This document shows positions 24,480-36,789 of a stretch of 61,861 nucleotides of DNA, piece after piece. Below the pieces are notes generated by a model. That model ran no database searches. It saw nothing but the letters and a program-made list of their open reading frames with translations, and was not told the origin of the DNA. Both the position numbers and the translations under genes were made by a program. The stretch spans positions 5,139,550 through 5,201,410 of the forward strand of contig NC_068991.1 of assembly GCF_001194135.2 (NCBI RefSeq), in the 5' to 3' direction. Positions within the stretch are counted from its first letter, which is position 1, and every line of letters starts with the position of its first letter. The DNA is from Octopus bimaculoides (taxonomy: Eukaryota).

Positions 24480-24950
24480 TGGGAGAGCAGAAGATCTAAA
24501 GGCCAATTACGACTAGATGAAATGCAGGATTACAGGAAGCTATACACAGATCATTCAATGGAATGCATCGATTATAATAAAAGGCCTACGACACGATCTT
24601 TCAAGCTTCGGTAATAGAATGCCCAAAGATAATAAGTATTGCACAGAGCATACGAACGTTGATTGCCAAGTGTATGAATATAGCGAAAACAAAATGAATC
24701 TATTCTTCCGAAGAGGTGTGAAGTGTTCGCATCGATATTGTAATCTTTGAAAGTAATAGCATATCCCTTTTGCATTTTATGATATGCATGGTCAAATTAA
24801 CTCTTGCTACAAAGAATGGTAAGAGATTGTTATGGTAGTCAATGAATGTAAAAGGAATGAGTATCAACTTGTCTATATGGATGACTTAAAACTGTTTGCA
24901 AAGAATGACGAAGGAAGGATCTCATTAGTACAACAAAGTACTTGGAATGT
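24480..24950 (+). mobile_element. Highly degenerate R4-clade reverse transcriptase remnant
   Basis: Colinear motifs across frameshifts: SKGQLRLDEMQDYRKLYTDHSMECIDY, KAYDTI, SVIECPKIISIAQSIRTLIAKCMN, IFESNSISLLHFMICMVKLT (24743 onward; cf. IFQGDSLSPLLF) and YMDDLKLFAKND (24874 onward). Confidence 0.85.
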
Positions 24951-25297
24951 TCTATGACATATGAATGTATTTGCAGGTTAAATATGTCAAATTTTCATAA
25001 TTACCCGTATTTGTAAATGTATCAAAATACTGTTCTGCGTATAATGGCGGTCATATGACGGACGATAAACCGAGTTTCGTACATTAGGGAACGGGATGTT
25101 GCCAGTGAGCTGCCTAAGTTCACAAGGCACAGCAGTATTTATTAGTAATACAATATTAGAAAGAAGACAAATTATCAGTCTGTTAGCACCAACTTATGAA
25201 AGATCGCTTTGCTTAAGGTACGATGTCTATTATGTGGGAAAATTCTACAATTACTGCATTTGCCGGCGTATAATAAATCTACTTTGAAAATAATGAG

Positions 25298-25394
25298 TTA
25301 ACCCATAAAGTCCCCACTGTCCTATAATTAGGACACCAAATGAGAACATTAAATAAGGGACATCACATTGTCTCAGTGTCCTATTTATAGGACA
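25298..25394 (+). mobile_element. piggyBac-like terminus or MITE remnant with two palindromic motifs
   Basis: TTAA|CCC at 25298-25304; palindromes TGTCCTA-TAAT-TAGGACA (25318-25335) and TGTCCTAT-TT-ATAGGACA (25377-25394), which are inverted copies of each other with one mismatch. Confidence 0.45.
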
Positions 25395-25489
25395 TCGAGT
25401 ATTTCTATTTCTACTTCAAGTAGAAATTATATTATTAAAACAGGTTTAATACACATTATTCTTTTGTGGTGTTGGTTTGTTTCCGTCCG

Positions 25490-25655
25490 CCCAGCCTAGT
25501 AATTCAGCAAGAGAGATCTAGAGAATAGGTATCAAATTGAAAAAAGAAGAAGGAAAGAATTATTGGTGTCGATTTGTTTGACTAAAGATTTCAAGACCCT
25601 GCTCCAGTAGGGCCGTACTCCAATAACTGAAACAGGTAAAATAAAAATAAAATTT
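25490..25655 (+). mobile_element. SINE family B 3' end
   Basis: GGTGTCGATTTGTTTGACTAAAG...TGCTCCAGTAGGGCCG...AACTGAAACAGGTAAAA. Confidence 0.65.
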
Positions 25656-26590
25656 TTTAAAAGAATAAGGAGATATAATAAAGTAGGTATTTTTGGCCGG
25701 TACTCTACAAATTTTTGCATTTTCCACGGTTAGAAGTTTATAAAATTTTCTAGCATTTGTACAAGGACAAATCATGGGCGAGAGGAAAGTCAATTAGATT
25801 GATCGCAGCATCTGATTGCTTGAGAATTTATCGACCATGTAAATTTGAAAATAAAACTCGATCCGTATATATTAAATTCCCTTTATGGAGATGAATGAAA
25901 CCAGACGCCATATTGTTCATCAGTTCCCCACTAAATTCCCCGTGGTCGTAATTACACCTAAACAATTTCCTAATTCATAGCTTGACACTTCAATTTGTTG
26001 CACGTTTAACTACTTCTCTCTGTATGGAGTCATGTTACATCGTGACTCGGCAGAAACTTGTAAACACGAGGAGAAAAAGCCTCAAAGACTCAACTATACT
26101 CGAAGCACATAACAAGTTCTAATAAACGCCTCTCTTCCTCATTCGTTAATTAATTTCCTCCCAATTTGTTCTCTGTATACAATTATAGAGTAACCAATTC
26201 TAACCTACCTCTTCATTGCACACATAAGTACACACTATATATACATATACATATGCTTGTATGTGTGTGTGTGTGTGTCTTTGTGCCTAAATGTATATAT
26301 ACATATCTATATATAATCTATATATAAACATACATATATAAATGTATATATATATATGAATATATATATGTGTAAATCTAACATATATGTGTATATGTAT
26401 ATATTTATATGTGTGTATGTATTTATATGTATGTAGGTAGTGATCTAAATATCATTAATGATTTCGTGAATATATGTATGTACGTGACTGTACAAACGCA
26501 CATGAACATAGAATATTATAGATAAAGTGTATAGGCAATTGGCAGGCAGAGATAGTTAGATAGGTAAGTATATTCATAAATAATCGGATA

Positions 26591-27206
26591 CATATCGGTA
26601 GTCAGAATTATATTCCAGTGAAATGTGCCCTTACTGAAATTTACCGAAAAATAAATAATAACTTTGGCTTTGAAGAACTCTCTCGAGGAGAGAAAATTCT
26701 CTACCAAAGTAAGTACCAAAAAAAACACCAGAAACGGTATTAAAAGCTGTTGACGAAATTGTTGATGAGTATTTACAACAGTGTGATGAACCCACATTCT
26801 GGCAGATTGACGCCTGTCAATATGCTCTGGCTACAACTGTAAAACAGTACATGAATGATATTCAAAAAGTAAACAAAACTGAAATAACAAAGAATGTACC
26901 CTGATGGGTTTTGAAAACAGAGAAAAAGATAACTGGTTTGCGGAAGACCATCAGTGATGCAATGATGCTTATTGCATAGAAACAAGCAAATCACTATGCG
27001 TCCCACCAACAGAAAGTAAAGAAGGAGATAGAAATGATGTTTGGAGACATTAAAGAGAGGTTACTCACTTGCCAACTGATTAGCCTCAAGCAGGAGCTCA
27101 AAGCTGTCAGTGAAAAGCTCAGACATCAGAAGAGAAGAACCGAGAGAAGAACAATAAACAAAAAATTAACTGCAACCAGGCAGCAATATATAGAGACATG
27201 AGAGCT
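26591..27206 (+). mobile_element. R4-clade non-LTR fragment (region N-terminal to RT), with stops and frameshifts
   Basis: TPETVLKAVDEIVDEYLQQCDEPTFWQIDACQYALATT...VP*WVLKTEKKITGLRKTIS...LKQELKAVSEKLRHQKRRTERRTINKK/FNCNQAAIYRDMRA matches the P.W..R...I..LRK...LKQ.LKA...LRRY..R..R..N..F..N.K..YR pattern of R4-clade ORFs. Confidence 0.78.
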
Positions 27207-27214
27207 AGATAGAT

Positions 27215-27256
<42 letters not shown>

Positions 27257-27560
27257 GAAGAAATAAAGAAAGAAAGATAGGTAGATAGATAGATAGATAG
27301 ATAGATAGATTGATAGATAGATAGACAGATAGACAAACAGACAGACAGGCATGCATACACGCATACATATATACATACATTCATACATACATACATACAT
27401 ACATACATACATACATACATACATACATACATACGTATGTACGTACGTACGGACATACCTACGTAAATGCGTTTTTAAAAATGTGTATGCTATACAGGTA
27501 TATAATTCATATATATGCTGGTATATTCTTCATATATTTGTGTATGTGTGTGCTTGTATG

Positions 27561-27621
<61 letters not shown>

Positions 27622-27640
27622 GTGTGTATATGTATGTATA
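27206..27640. repeat. Compound (GAAA)n-(GATA)n-(GACA)n-(TACA)n-(TG)n microsatellite
   Basis: Direct reading. Confidence 0.95.
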
Positions 27641-28692
27641 TATGCGTTTTCGTTTACGAGGATTTTCGTTTCAGTGACGTGTTCATCCATTGGATTACTA
27701 GGCACAAATACACACGTGTGTGTGTGTGTGTGTGTGCGTGTGTGCGTGCGTTGTCCGTGCATGTTCGTGCATGTGTGTGTCTCTGTGTGTACTGAGTGAT
27801 TTTCATTGCCTGTTGGCTGGTGTATATTTCAGGTGAGACATTTGTTAAGCCATAGAATGCACGCTTTATCTGTTTGTTTTTTTAATTTTTGCTCAATCAT
27901 CTAGATATTTTTAATAAATACATTCTTATACGTTCTGAGTTCGTATACAATTGAGGCTGGTTCGACTTTTATCATTCCTCCATTTTTCAAATAATTAGTG
28001 AGGAAGTCCTGGAGTCAAACAAATCGCAAAACCCAGCTGAAATGCCTGTCATCGTCGCTGTGGTATATGAAACTGAAAACCATTAACTGGCTTTTCCCAA
28101 TGTCATTTTGGGATTTTTACAAGTTAAAAGCAAGCAAGGACACTGACTGGCAAACCATATATTTTCCCCTATTTTCTTGTCAAATAAATGCCAGGACCGA
28201 ATGTTATCTTGACATCAGAACGTAGGAGAACAAAATTAAATATATATCGGGAAGCAATGAGTGTTGTTCTCTGCTAGACCTACCATCTCACTGTCATGCA
28301 TTCTATATCATTGCCGAGGAGCGAAATTGATGAAGCAAGATTTTTAAAGGTTTTCAAGTATAAAATATCGGTTTTATGCATCTTCACTCTTCTACATCGA
28401 TTGACATCGATATTGTATTTTTATTTGGTTTTCATCACCTGTCTTATCAGGTGGTCGTAGTGTCCATGGTCGGTGGCGGAGGGGGTTAGAAAAATTAGTA
28501 CATATCGATCACGTGCTAAGCGTGTGTAAACTACCCGTTTGTCAAGTCGTGTCAAAATAGAATATGTAACGTATTACGTGATTTCATTTCATCAGACTTT
28601 AACTACTAGTAGCACCGTAAAGGCACGAAGGCAACACACGGCCTTCGAAACGAAAACATATATTTATAAGTAAAACAGCAACAACAACAACA

Positions 28693-28695
<3 letters not shown>

Positions 28696-28786
<91 letters not shown>
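28696..28786. repeat. Long (CA)n microsatellite (~45 units)
   Basis: Direct reading. Confidence 0.97.
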
Positions 28787-28788
<2 letters not shown>

Positions 28789-28942
28789 ATATATGTATAT
28801 ATATGGACTTAGAAAAATATAGGTGCGTGTGTATAAAATTACACCTACATATAATTAAATGCATGAGCATGTGTGTAATCTATATGTACATACGCAAACA
28901 TAATAGACAAGTATGTACAGATATATATATATATATATATAT

Positions 28943-28988
<46 letters not shown>

Positions 28989-29107
28989 ATGTATATATAT
29001 ATATATATATATATACACGTATGTACGTACATACTATTGATACACATATATGTGTGTGTGCGTCTGTGAGTCTGTGTATGTATGTACATTTACCTATTGT
29101 CATATAT

Positions 29108-29140
<33 letters not shown>

Positions 29141-29144
29141 AGTA

Positions 29145-29197
<53 letters not shown>

Positions 29198-31458
29198 ATA
29201 TGTATGCATATATATATATATATACACACACAAATATATATATGTGTGTGTGTCTGTGTGCAATTATGTATATGTACTTTCATATATATACATATATGTA
29301 CATATATCAAATTACACAGCCACTCACACATATCGACGCATGCGTGTATACATGCATAAAGGGAATCGATAGATGAAGAAGGACAGAAGCGTCACAAGTC
29401 ACACCAGCAGCCGATACCACGCACAGATATTATACAATTGCAAGTCCACATTTTAATATCGGGGAGAAAAGACCTACTTTTATTGCGGGGTGTTAAAACC
29501 GTTTCCCTATTTAAAGACAAATCTTCGAATTTTATACATATTTATTTTATGTTTTGTATTTTATATCGTTATTTTTTCTTTTACCTTTTTAATTTCCTAT
29601 CTTCAGCAAGAAACACACTTTGGTAGCAAATCTGTAGAAAGAAATAAAAAATACTACAAAAAGAATAGTATGAGCTACCATTTATATTACATTGTTGCAT
29701 TTTATTCTCTTATGGTTTTCTTTTTTCAGTATGTTTCTCTAATAATGGGAAATAATACATCCCACAATTCTCTTTTTGACATCTGCATTCAGTTTCCAAT
29801 ATAGAATAAATAGAAATAAAATAAAATAAATAGCGAAACGTAAAAAAAAATTAGTAGATATTAATACAAAAAACAATAGGGAAAATGTAAATTAATAGTG
29901 ATCGTGTGGTGATACGTTGAAAATGTCGTTCGACCTTCGTTCGTGTTTGGTTATATAGAATGATGTTATTATCATTTGATGGTGCTAACATCATGTAAAG
30001 TTGCAAGCGAATATGGAGGAAAGTATGACGGTGTGGTTGATGGGGACGAAAGTGTAGGTGGGTGGGGTGAAATGCCACGGCGACAAAAAACAGTAAAAGT
30101 TGAAAGGAAAAAAAATAAAATGAAATAAATTATAAAAACAAAAAACAAAATTGCGAGGAACGTTTCGTAGAGAAGAAGAAAAGGAAAACAAACGAGAAAT
30201 ATGAGATTTATGTATTTATATTTATTACTAATTTCAATAAGAATATTGGATTCGGTTAACTATCTATCTCTCTCTCTGTCTCTCTGTCACTGTCTCTCTC
30301 TTTGTCTCTCTCTTTGTTTCTCTCTCTCTCTTTATATATATATANNNNNNNNNNNNNNNNNNNNNNNNNNNNNNNNNNNNNNNNNNNNNNNNNNNNNNNN
30401 NNNNNNNNNNNNNNNNNNNNNNNNNNNNNNNNNNNNNNNNNNNNNNNNNNNNNNNNNNNNNNNNNNNNNNNNNNNNNNNNNNNNNNNNNNNNNNNNNNNN
30501 NNNNNNNNNNNNNNNNNNNNNNNNNNNNNNNNNNNNNNNNNNNNNNNNNNNNNNNNNNNNNNNNNNNNNNNNNNNNNNNNNNNNNNNNNNNNNNNNNNNN
30601 NNNNNNNNNNNNNNNNNNNNNNNNNNNNNNNNNNNNNNNNNNNNNNNNNNNNNNNNNNNNNNNNNNNNNNNNNNNNNNNNNNNNNNNNNNNNNNNNNNNN
30701 NNNNNNNNNNNNNNNNNNNNNNNNNNNNNNNNNNNNNNNNNNNNNNNNNNNNNNNNNNNNNNNNNNNNNNNNNNNNNNNNNNNNNNNNNNNNNNNNNNNN
30801 NNNNNNNNNNNNNNNNNNNNNNNNNNNNNNNNNNNNNNAAAAAAAAAAAAAAAAAAAAGAAATGAAGCCGCTCACGATAAAATAATATCCGTGAATTACA
30901 GGGGAATATTAAGGTCATGGCAATTTTTGTACTGAAATATCGCGAGATAAAAATATATACAAACGAACTTCACGAGCGCACACATATAGCGACACTATAC
31001 ACACACACACACACACACACAACACACACGCACGATCGCACATAAATTACGTGATGTATTATAGGCATTTATGTGTGGGCAGTGCCTTTATGTTTTGTTT
31101 GTTTGTATGTGTGTCTGTGTGTGTGTGTCGTGTGTATTCTCTCAAATGTGCTGGCTCATCTTTTTCTCCATAACTATACGGAGAAAGGCTGTTAGACTGT
31201 GGCTTTTCGTATTCTATATTTTTCTCTGTCTTTGTTGCTCCTTCTGTTTGTGTGTGTGTGTGTGTGGTGTTGTGCGTGCGCGGTCGAGGGTTTATATGGC
31301 CCTTTATTACACTATTTTCCGTAGTCATTGCACGTTGATCGCCATAAGCTTGAATCTTATATAAAAATACCATTATTATAATTTCCAAGGTTGTCAAAGC
31401 GGCGCCGCATGAAAAACCATTCGCACCGAAAGCATATCTATCTATCTATCTATCTATA

Positions 31459-31533
<75 letters not shown>

Positions 31534-31904
31534 AAATGTATGTATGTATCTCTGCATTTATGTATGCGAGTGTGTGTCTTCATCTGACTGCGTGTATATG
31601 TTCGTAAGTTGTTAAGGGTTTACATTCACTAAGTCAAGAAATATGGGAAGGTAACTCCGGTAGTGCTGAACCCAGAATTTTTCTACAATTAAGGAGACAG
31701 TAAGGAACATCTAGTGACCGGCTACTTGTTGCCCTTTTACAGTATCCTACAGAGCAACAGCGATACGTGTTTATGCAGAACGTTGGCTAATGTTTGACAG
31801 AAGTATTCATGTTGATGGATCTCATCAAACAGAACTGATGAATGTTACGAATTTTTTTCTCGCCATTGAGGGACTATTAAAAGTATGAATTCAATTCAAA
31901 TCTT

Positions 31905-32440
31905 TTATCTCTTACGACCTTTAGTGATTCGCCCATGGCTATGCTGGAGCATCCCTTTCAAAGGTTTAGTCGAATATATTTGTCCTCAGCATTTCATTTT
32001 TTAAGACTCATTACTTAACCCTTTCAGCCCTGACCTCCTGATCCCTATTTAACCATTATACGTGGCTTCTTGGTGCAATCCACCGGTAGAGTGGTGCTAC
32101 GGGATAAAGAAAAATAAGCCATCCAAACGGTAAACCGGTGTTACGGGCTCAAAGGTTTAATGTAAAAGGTCTCGTTTCTCGAAATTTACGAGAACGTAAA
32201 CAAACCAACACTGGTTACAGGTTTAGCGCAAATTCAAGTAGAAGGATAAAAACACGCACGTGCACACACAACTCCATATGTACGACAAGCTTCCACACAG
32301 TTCCCTTCAATCAAATTCACTGAGAAATCTTTGCTTGAGTCGGGGCCTATAAGAGAAGAAACTTACCCAAGGTACAGCGAAAGGGGTCTGAACCTGAAAC
32401 CAAGTAACCGAAAGGCAAGATTCTGAATCACAAATCCATG
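31905..32440 (-). mobile_element. Full-length degenerate SINE family B interrupted by a MITE
   Basis: 3' motif ATGCTGGAGCA at ~31942; 5' half (CTTACCCAAGG, CTGAACCTGAAACCA) at 32280-32440; colinear on both sides of 32015-32160. Confidence 0.65.
32019..32156. mobile_element. piggyBac-type MITE (138 bp) with TTAA target-site duplication
   Basis: TTAA (32015-18) CCCTTTCAGCCC ... GGGCTCAAAGGT TTAA (32157-60); 12-bp TIRs with 2 mismatches. Confidence 0.75.
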
Positions 32441-33327
32441 CCTTGAACAATGTATTTAGTGGTGGGGTTGAATTTTGTGGGGTTTTTGTTTTTAAAACAT
32501 TCGCTCATTACAAGGTTGTTAGACCACTGAAAACGTAAGAGTTACTAGAATCAAATGGATGCTAGACAGAAATCAATAGGTGATGATGTACATTAGACTT
32601 AAAAGACTGGATATCATATTGAAGAGGGGAAACAAGACTGTGGATCTGTCTGCTAAGAGAGGCAAGTAACAAGTACCACCCGCTTCATATAGTTTTGGAT
32701 CAAAACTAACTGTGCTAAAGGAAAATATTGTCAAAGCAGTATCATGGTCTGATGTTTCAAAGAACTGAACTGGATTAGAGGGATTCTCAGAGCAGCAAAA
32801 TTTGATGAGAGATCGTGTTTTACATTGAAGAACAGGATCGATCCCTACTAAGAACTAGCATTCAATCTCCGACAATTAAGTTTCAGTTTGGTCGATAAAG
32901 GGATTAAAAAATATGATTACGATATCGGAGAGAGGGATTGAACCCGTAGCCATGAAGTAGCGGATCGAGCTTCGTAACTTCACAGTCATGACTGCATATA
33001 TCTAACGATGGTTAAAGAGCAGGTATTGATTTCTCACACTAGCAAATAGCCTCAGATTGAAAGTGAATATATATTAAAAGCAAAAATGAGATAATGTGAC
33101 GCTTGTGACTTTTCACACGGCCATAAATACCATGGTTATCTCCCTTTATGTTCTCAGTTCAAAGTGGGCTTTTTTTCATTTTGTCTTTCATCCTTCTGTT
33201 GAAAAAGGACAAAGAAATAATAATAAAAAAATGCCAGTTAAGTACTTGTTTCATTTAATTGACTGTTCCCTACGTAAGAGAAAATGTAGGTTTCGTTTAT
33301 GTCAGAAATCAGCACCACCTACAGGAC

Positions 33328-33382
<55 letters not shown>

Positions 33383-33404
33383 TATTAGCGTTATTGCTTG
33401 TTTT

Positions 33405-33580
33405 AAAGGCGGTATATTGGCAGAACCTGTACAGCGTAGTAAAAAAATTATTTCCGGCATTCGCTCTGCCTTCTTTTATGCTCCAGGTCTCAAATCCGCC
33501 GCTGTCAGCCTCCCCTTTCATGCTTTCATGTATGATAAAAGAAGTGCCCGTTGAACACGGGATTTGATTGTCTCGTCTAG
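33405..33580 (+). mobile_element. SINE family A, degenerate, preceded by (TTA)n at 33326-33382
   Basis: AAGGCGGTATATTGGCAGAA...TCTCAAATCCGCCG...CCCCTTTCATG. Confidence 0.65.
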
Positions 33581-34160
33581 GGCGCGACGTTGATAGAATA
33601 CAGTACCCTGCTAGTTCAAGGTTCGATGAAATCGATTAAACTCAACATCGTACACAGCATCTGCCAATTTCCAGATTATTGCCGTGTATTTTTTTCTACG
33701 GGGAAAATAAATTTATTCTTAAAGTTATTTCGCTCACTCGTTCGGAGTTAGTTCCAATTGTCTCCAGGCGATTGTTTTACATTCTACACAGCAGAACATA
33801 ATTCCAATAATGAAACATTTTATTTTCTACGGTACAAAATATAATTTTCTTCATGTTTGATTTTCAATTTTAAACCATAATTTCTTTATTTGAGGTCATC
33901 CGATGCATATACATACATACACACACACACACACACATATATATNNNNNNNNNNNNNNNNNNNNNNNNNNNNNNNNNNNNNNNNNNNNNNNNNNNNNNNN
34001 NNNNNNNNNNNNNNNNNNNNNNNNNNNNNNNNNNNNNNNNNNNNNNNNNNNNNNNNNNNNNNNNNNNNNNNNNNNNNNNNNNNNNNNNNNNNNNNNNNNN
34101 NNNNNNNNNNNNNNNNNNNNNNNNNNNNNNNNNNNNNNNNNNNNNNNNNNNNNNNNNNNN

Positions 34161-34252
34161 GTGTGGTAAGTAGCTTGCTTTCCAACCACATGGTTTCGGG
34201 GTCAGCCCCACTGCGTGGCACCTTAGGCAAGTGTCTTCTGCTATAGCCTCGA
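34161..34252 (+). mobile_element. SINE family B head fragment
   Basis: GTGTGGTAAGTAGCTTGCTTTCCAACCACATGG...GGCACCTTAGGCAAGTGTCTTCTGCTATAGCCTCG. Confidence 0.85.
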
Positions 34253-34253
34253 C

Positions 34254-34285
<32 letters not shown>

Positions 34286-34833
34286 AGCATGTATACGTAG
34301 AAGTGAAAACATGTAAGACAGTTTCCAAATTCAAAATGTGATGCTGTTATTATTATCTTCATTTCCACGTCGGAGCCGTAGGTCTTTGTGAGAAACCAGT
34401 TCCTTCCTTACATCAAAGAATGATTACAAGACATCAAAGAATGATTACAAAAGATAACATTTATACGTACAAGTAGATATACATATGTATATATACAAAT
34501 CTACATACCAATGTCTTTTCAAACATATTTGTTCACTCCTACGATCTCATTGTCTTATGGTTTCATAAGAATTCTTTATAAACTTGCTTTGCTTTTATAT
34601 TATACCACAATCCGATTTTGGTAAATAGAAATTTCATGTTACCTCAATTACTCTCTTTCCAATTTTCTATTAAATCGTAGAATTTCTTATACATCGTTTG
34701 TCTTTAATATCACTATTGTTCCAATTTCGGAATATTGAGCATAAATTCTCAAAGTTTAGCTTCGCTGATTCCATTTCACCTGGAGACTACGCATTTATTA
34801 TCATTATTGTTATTATTATTATTACATATTTCA

Positions 34834-34879
<46 letters not shown>

Positions 34880-35050
34880 CTATTGAAATAAAATAATACA
34901 TATATCTCTGAGTTTTGGAGTAGACAGACCCAAATATTGCTATAAATAAATTTCGTTAATATGTATATGTGAGTGTCATTCCCGTATATATACATATATA
35001 CATATACGCGCGCGCACACACAAACACGCATATATATTGATAGATATATG

Positions 35051-35103
<53 letters not shown>

Positions 35104-35506
35104 ATATACACATATATATATATATATAAGTATACACACATTTTTATATATGTGTGTGTTTATATATACACAATTACATGCATACACGAACATAGAGAAT
35201 GAAAGAAAATAACATTTAATGTTATTTTGTTGTGGGAAAACATCGGCCTAAGAACTATAAATACAAGAGTGGAACTGTTCGAAGCGTGACGTCACTTCGG
35301 CTATTGTTACAAGAAGTTGAAAGACAACCGTTAGATATCGAGTGGATATCTGATAAACAGAAGAACTTTTGTCATTCAACGTTGCTTCTCTTCTCGTTGG
35401 TCACTTTTTCTCTCGTTCTCTGCCGTTGGTGAAGAACTAATTCCGAAACAATACTTCTCTGAGCATGGCATATATCCTGTAACATATTGTATTATTGTTA
35501 GTAGCT

Positions 35507-36395
35507 AGGCACAGGAGTGGCTTTGAGGTAAGAAGCTTGCTTACCAACCACATGGTTCCCGGGTTGAGTCCCACTGCATGGCACCTTGGGAAAGTGTCTT
35601 CTACTATAGCCTCGGCCTGACCAAAGCCTTGTGAGTGGATTTGGTAGACGGAAACTGAAANNNNNNNNNNNNNNNNNNNNNNNNNNNNNNNNNNNNNNNN
35701 NNNNNNNNNNNNNNNNNNNNNNNNNNNNNNNNNNNNNNNNNNNNNNNNNNNNNNNNNNNNNNNNNNNNNNNNNNNNNNNNNNNNNNNNNNNNNNNNNNNN
35801 NNNNNNNNNNNNNNNNNNNNNNNNNNNNNNNNNNNNNNNNNNNNNNNNNNNNNNNNNNNNNNNNNNNNNNNNNNNNNNNNNNNNNNNNNNNNNNNNNNNN
35901 NNNNNNNNNNNNNNNNNNNNNNNNNNNNNNNNNNNNNNNNNNNNNNNNNNNNNNNNNNNNNNNNNNNNNNNNNNNNNNNNNNNNNNNNNNNNNNNNNNNN
36001 NNNNNNNNNNNNNNNNNNNNNNNNNNNNNNNNNNNNNNNNNNNNNNNNNNNNNNNNNNNNNNNNNNNNNNNNNNNNNNNNNNNNNNNNNNNNNNNNNNNN
36101 NNNNNNNNNNNNNNNNNNNNNNNNNNNNNNNATATATATTTGTGTGTAATTTATTTAAAAGGTTTAATAAGATATAACAACTAATTAATATGTATATATG
36201 TATATATAAGTATATAGTTATGTGTTTGTCCCTCAACCATCATTTGATAACCGATACTGGCATGTTTACATCTCGTTACAAAAAGAATCCTATAGAATAA
36301 GTACCAGGCTTGCAAAGAATAGGTCCTGGGTTCGATTTCCTTGACTAAAAGGCAGTGCTGCACTAAGATGACTGAGACAAATATAAGAGTCAAAG
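35507..36395 (+). mobile_element. Full-length bipartite SINE family B with an internal microsatellite or gap
   Basis: Head 35507-35660 (B-box-like GGTTGAGTCCC; GGCACCTTGGGAAAG), N-gap and (TA)-rich segment, then 3' half 36221-36395 (TGTTTGTCCC...GAATAAGTACCAGGCTT...GACTAAAAGGCAGTGCT...ATGACTGAGACAA). Confidence 0.85.
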
Positions 36396-36747
36396 AAAAA
36401 AAGAATATAAACACGAGAACAAATATTAAGAAGACGAAGTGTCGAAAATTAACGAAAGAGCAAAGAAATTAGTGATTGACCACTAGGGGGCATAAAAACT
36501 TGGCATTTTCTGCCTCTGCATTGAAATTGTCTGTTCTGAGGTCAGAGAGGTCCGACAGAAAACTTGGCAGCTCTCAAGAAAGAAATGAAAAATGAATGTT
36601 AACAGATTTTCTTTCAATTTAAATGGTTAAACCACTATTAAGAGAATGTAGTTGCAAATATGTGTGCCTGTGTGTGTATGTGTTTGCGTTTGTATGCTTG
36701 CAGCACGCACACACACATATGTACACAGCCACGCATACATACATACA

Positions 36748-36781
<34 letters not shown>

Positions 36782-36789
36782 AGTAAAGA

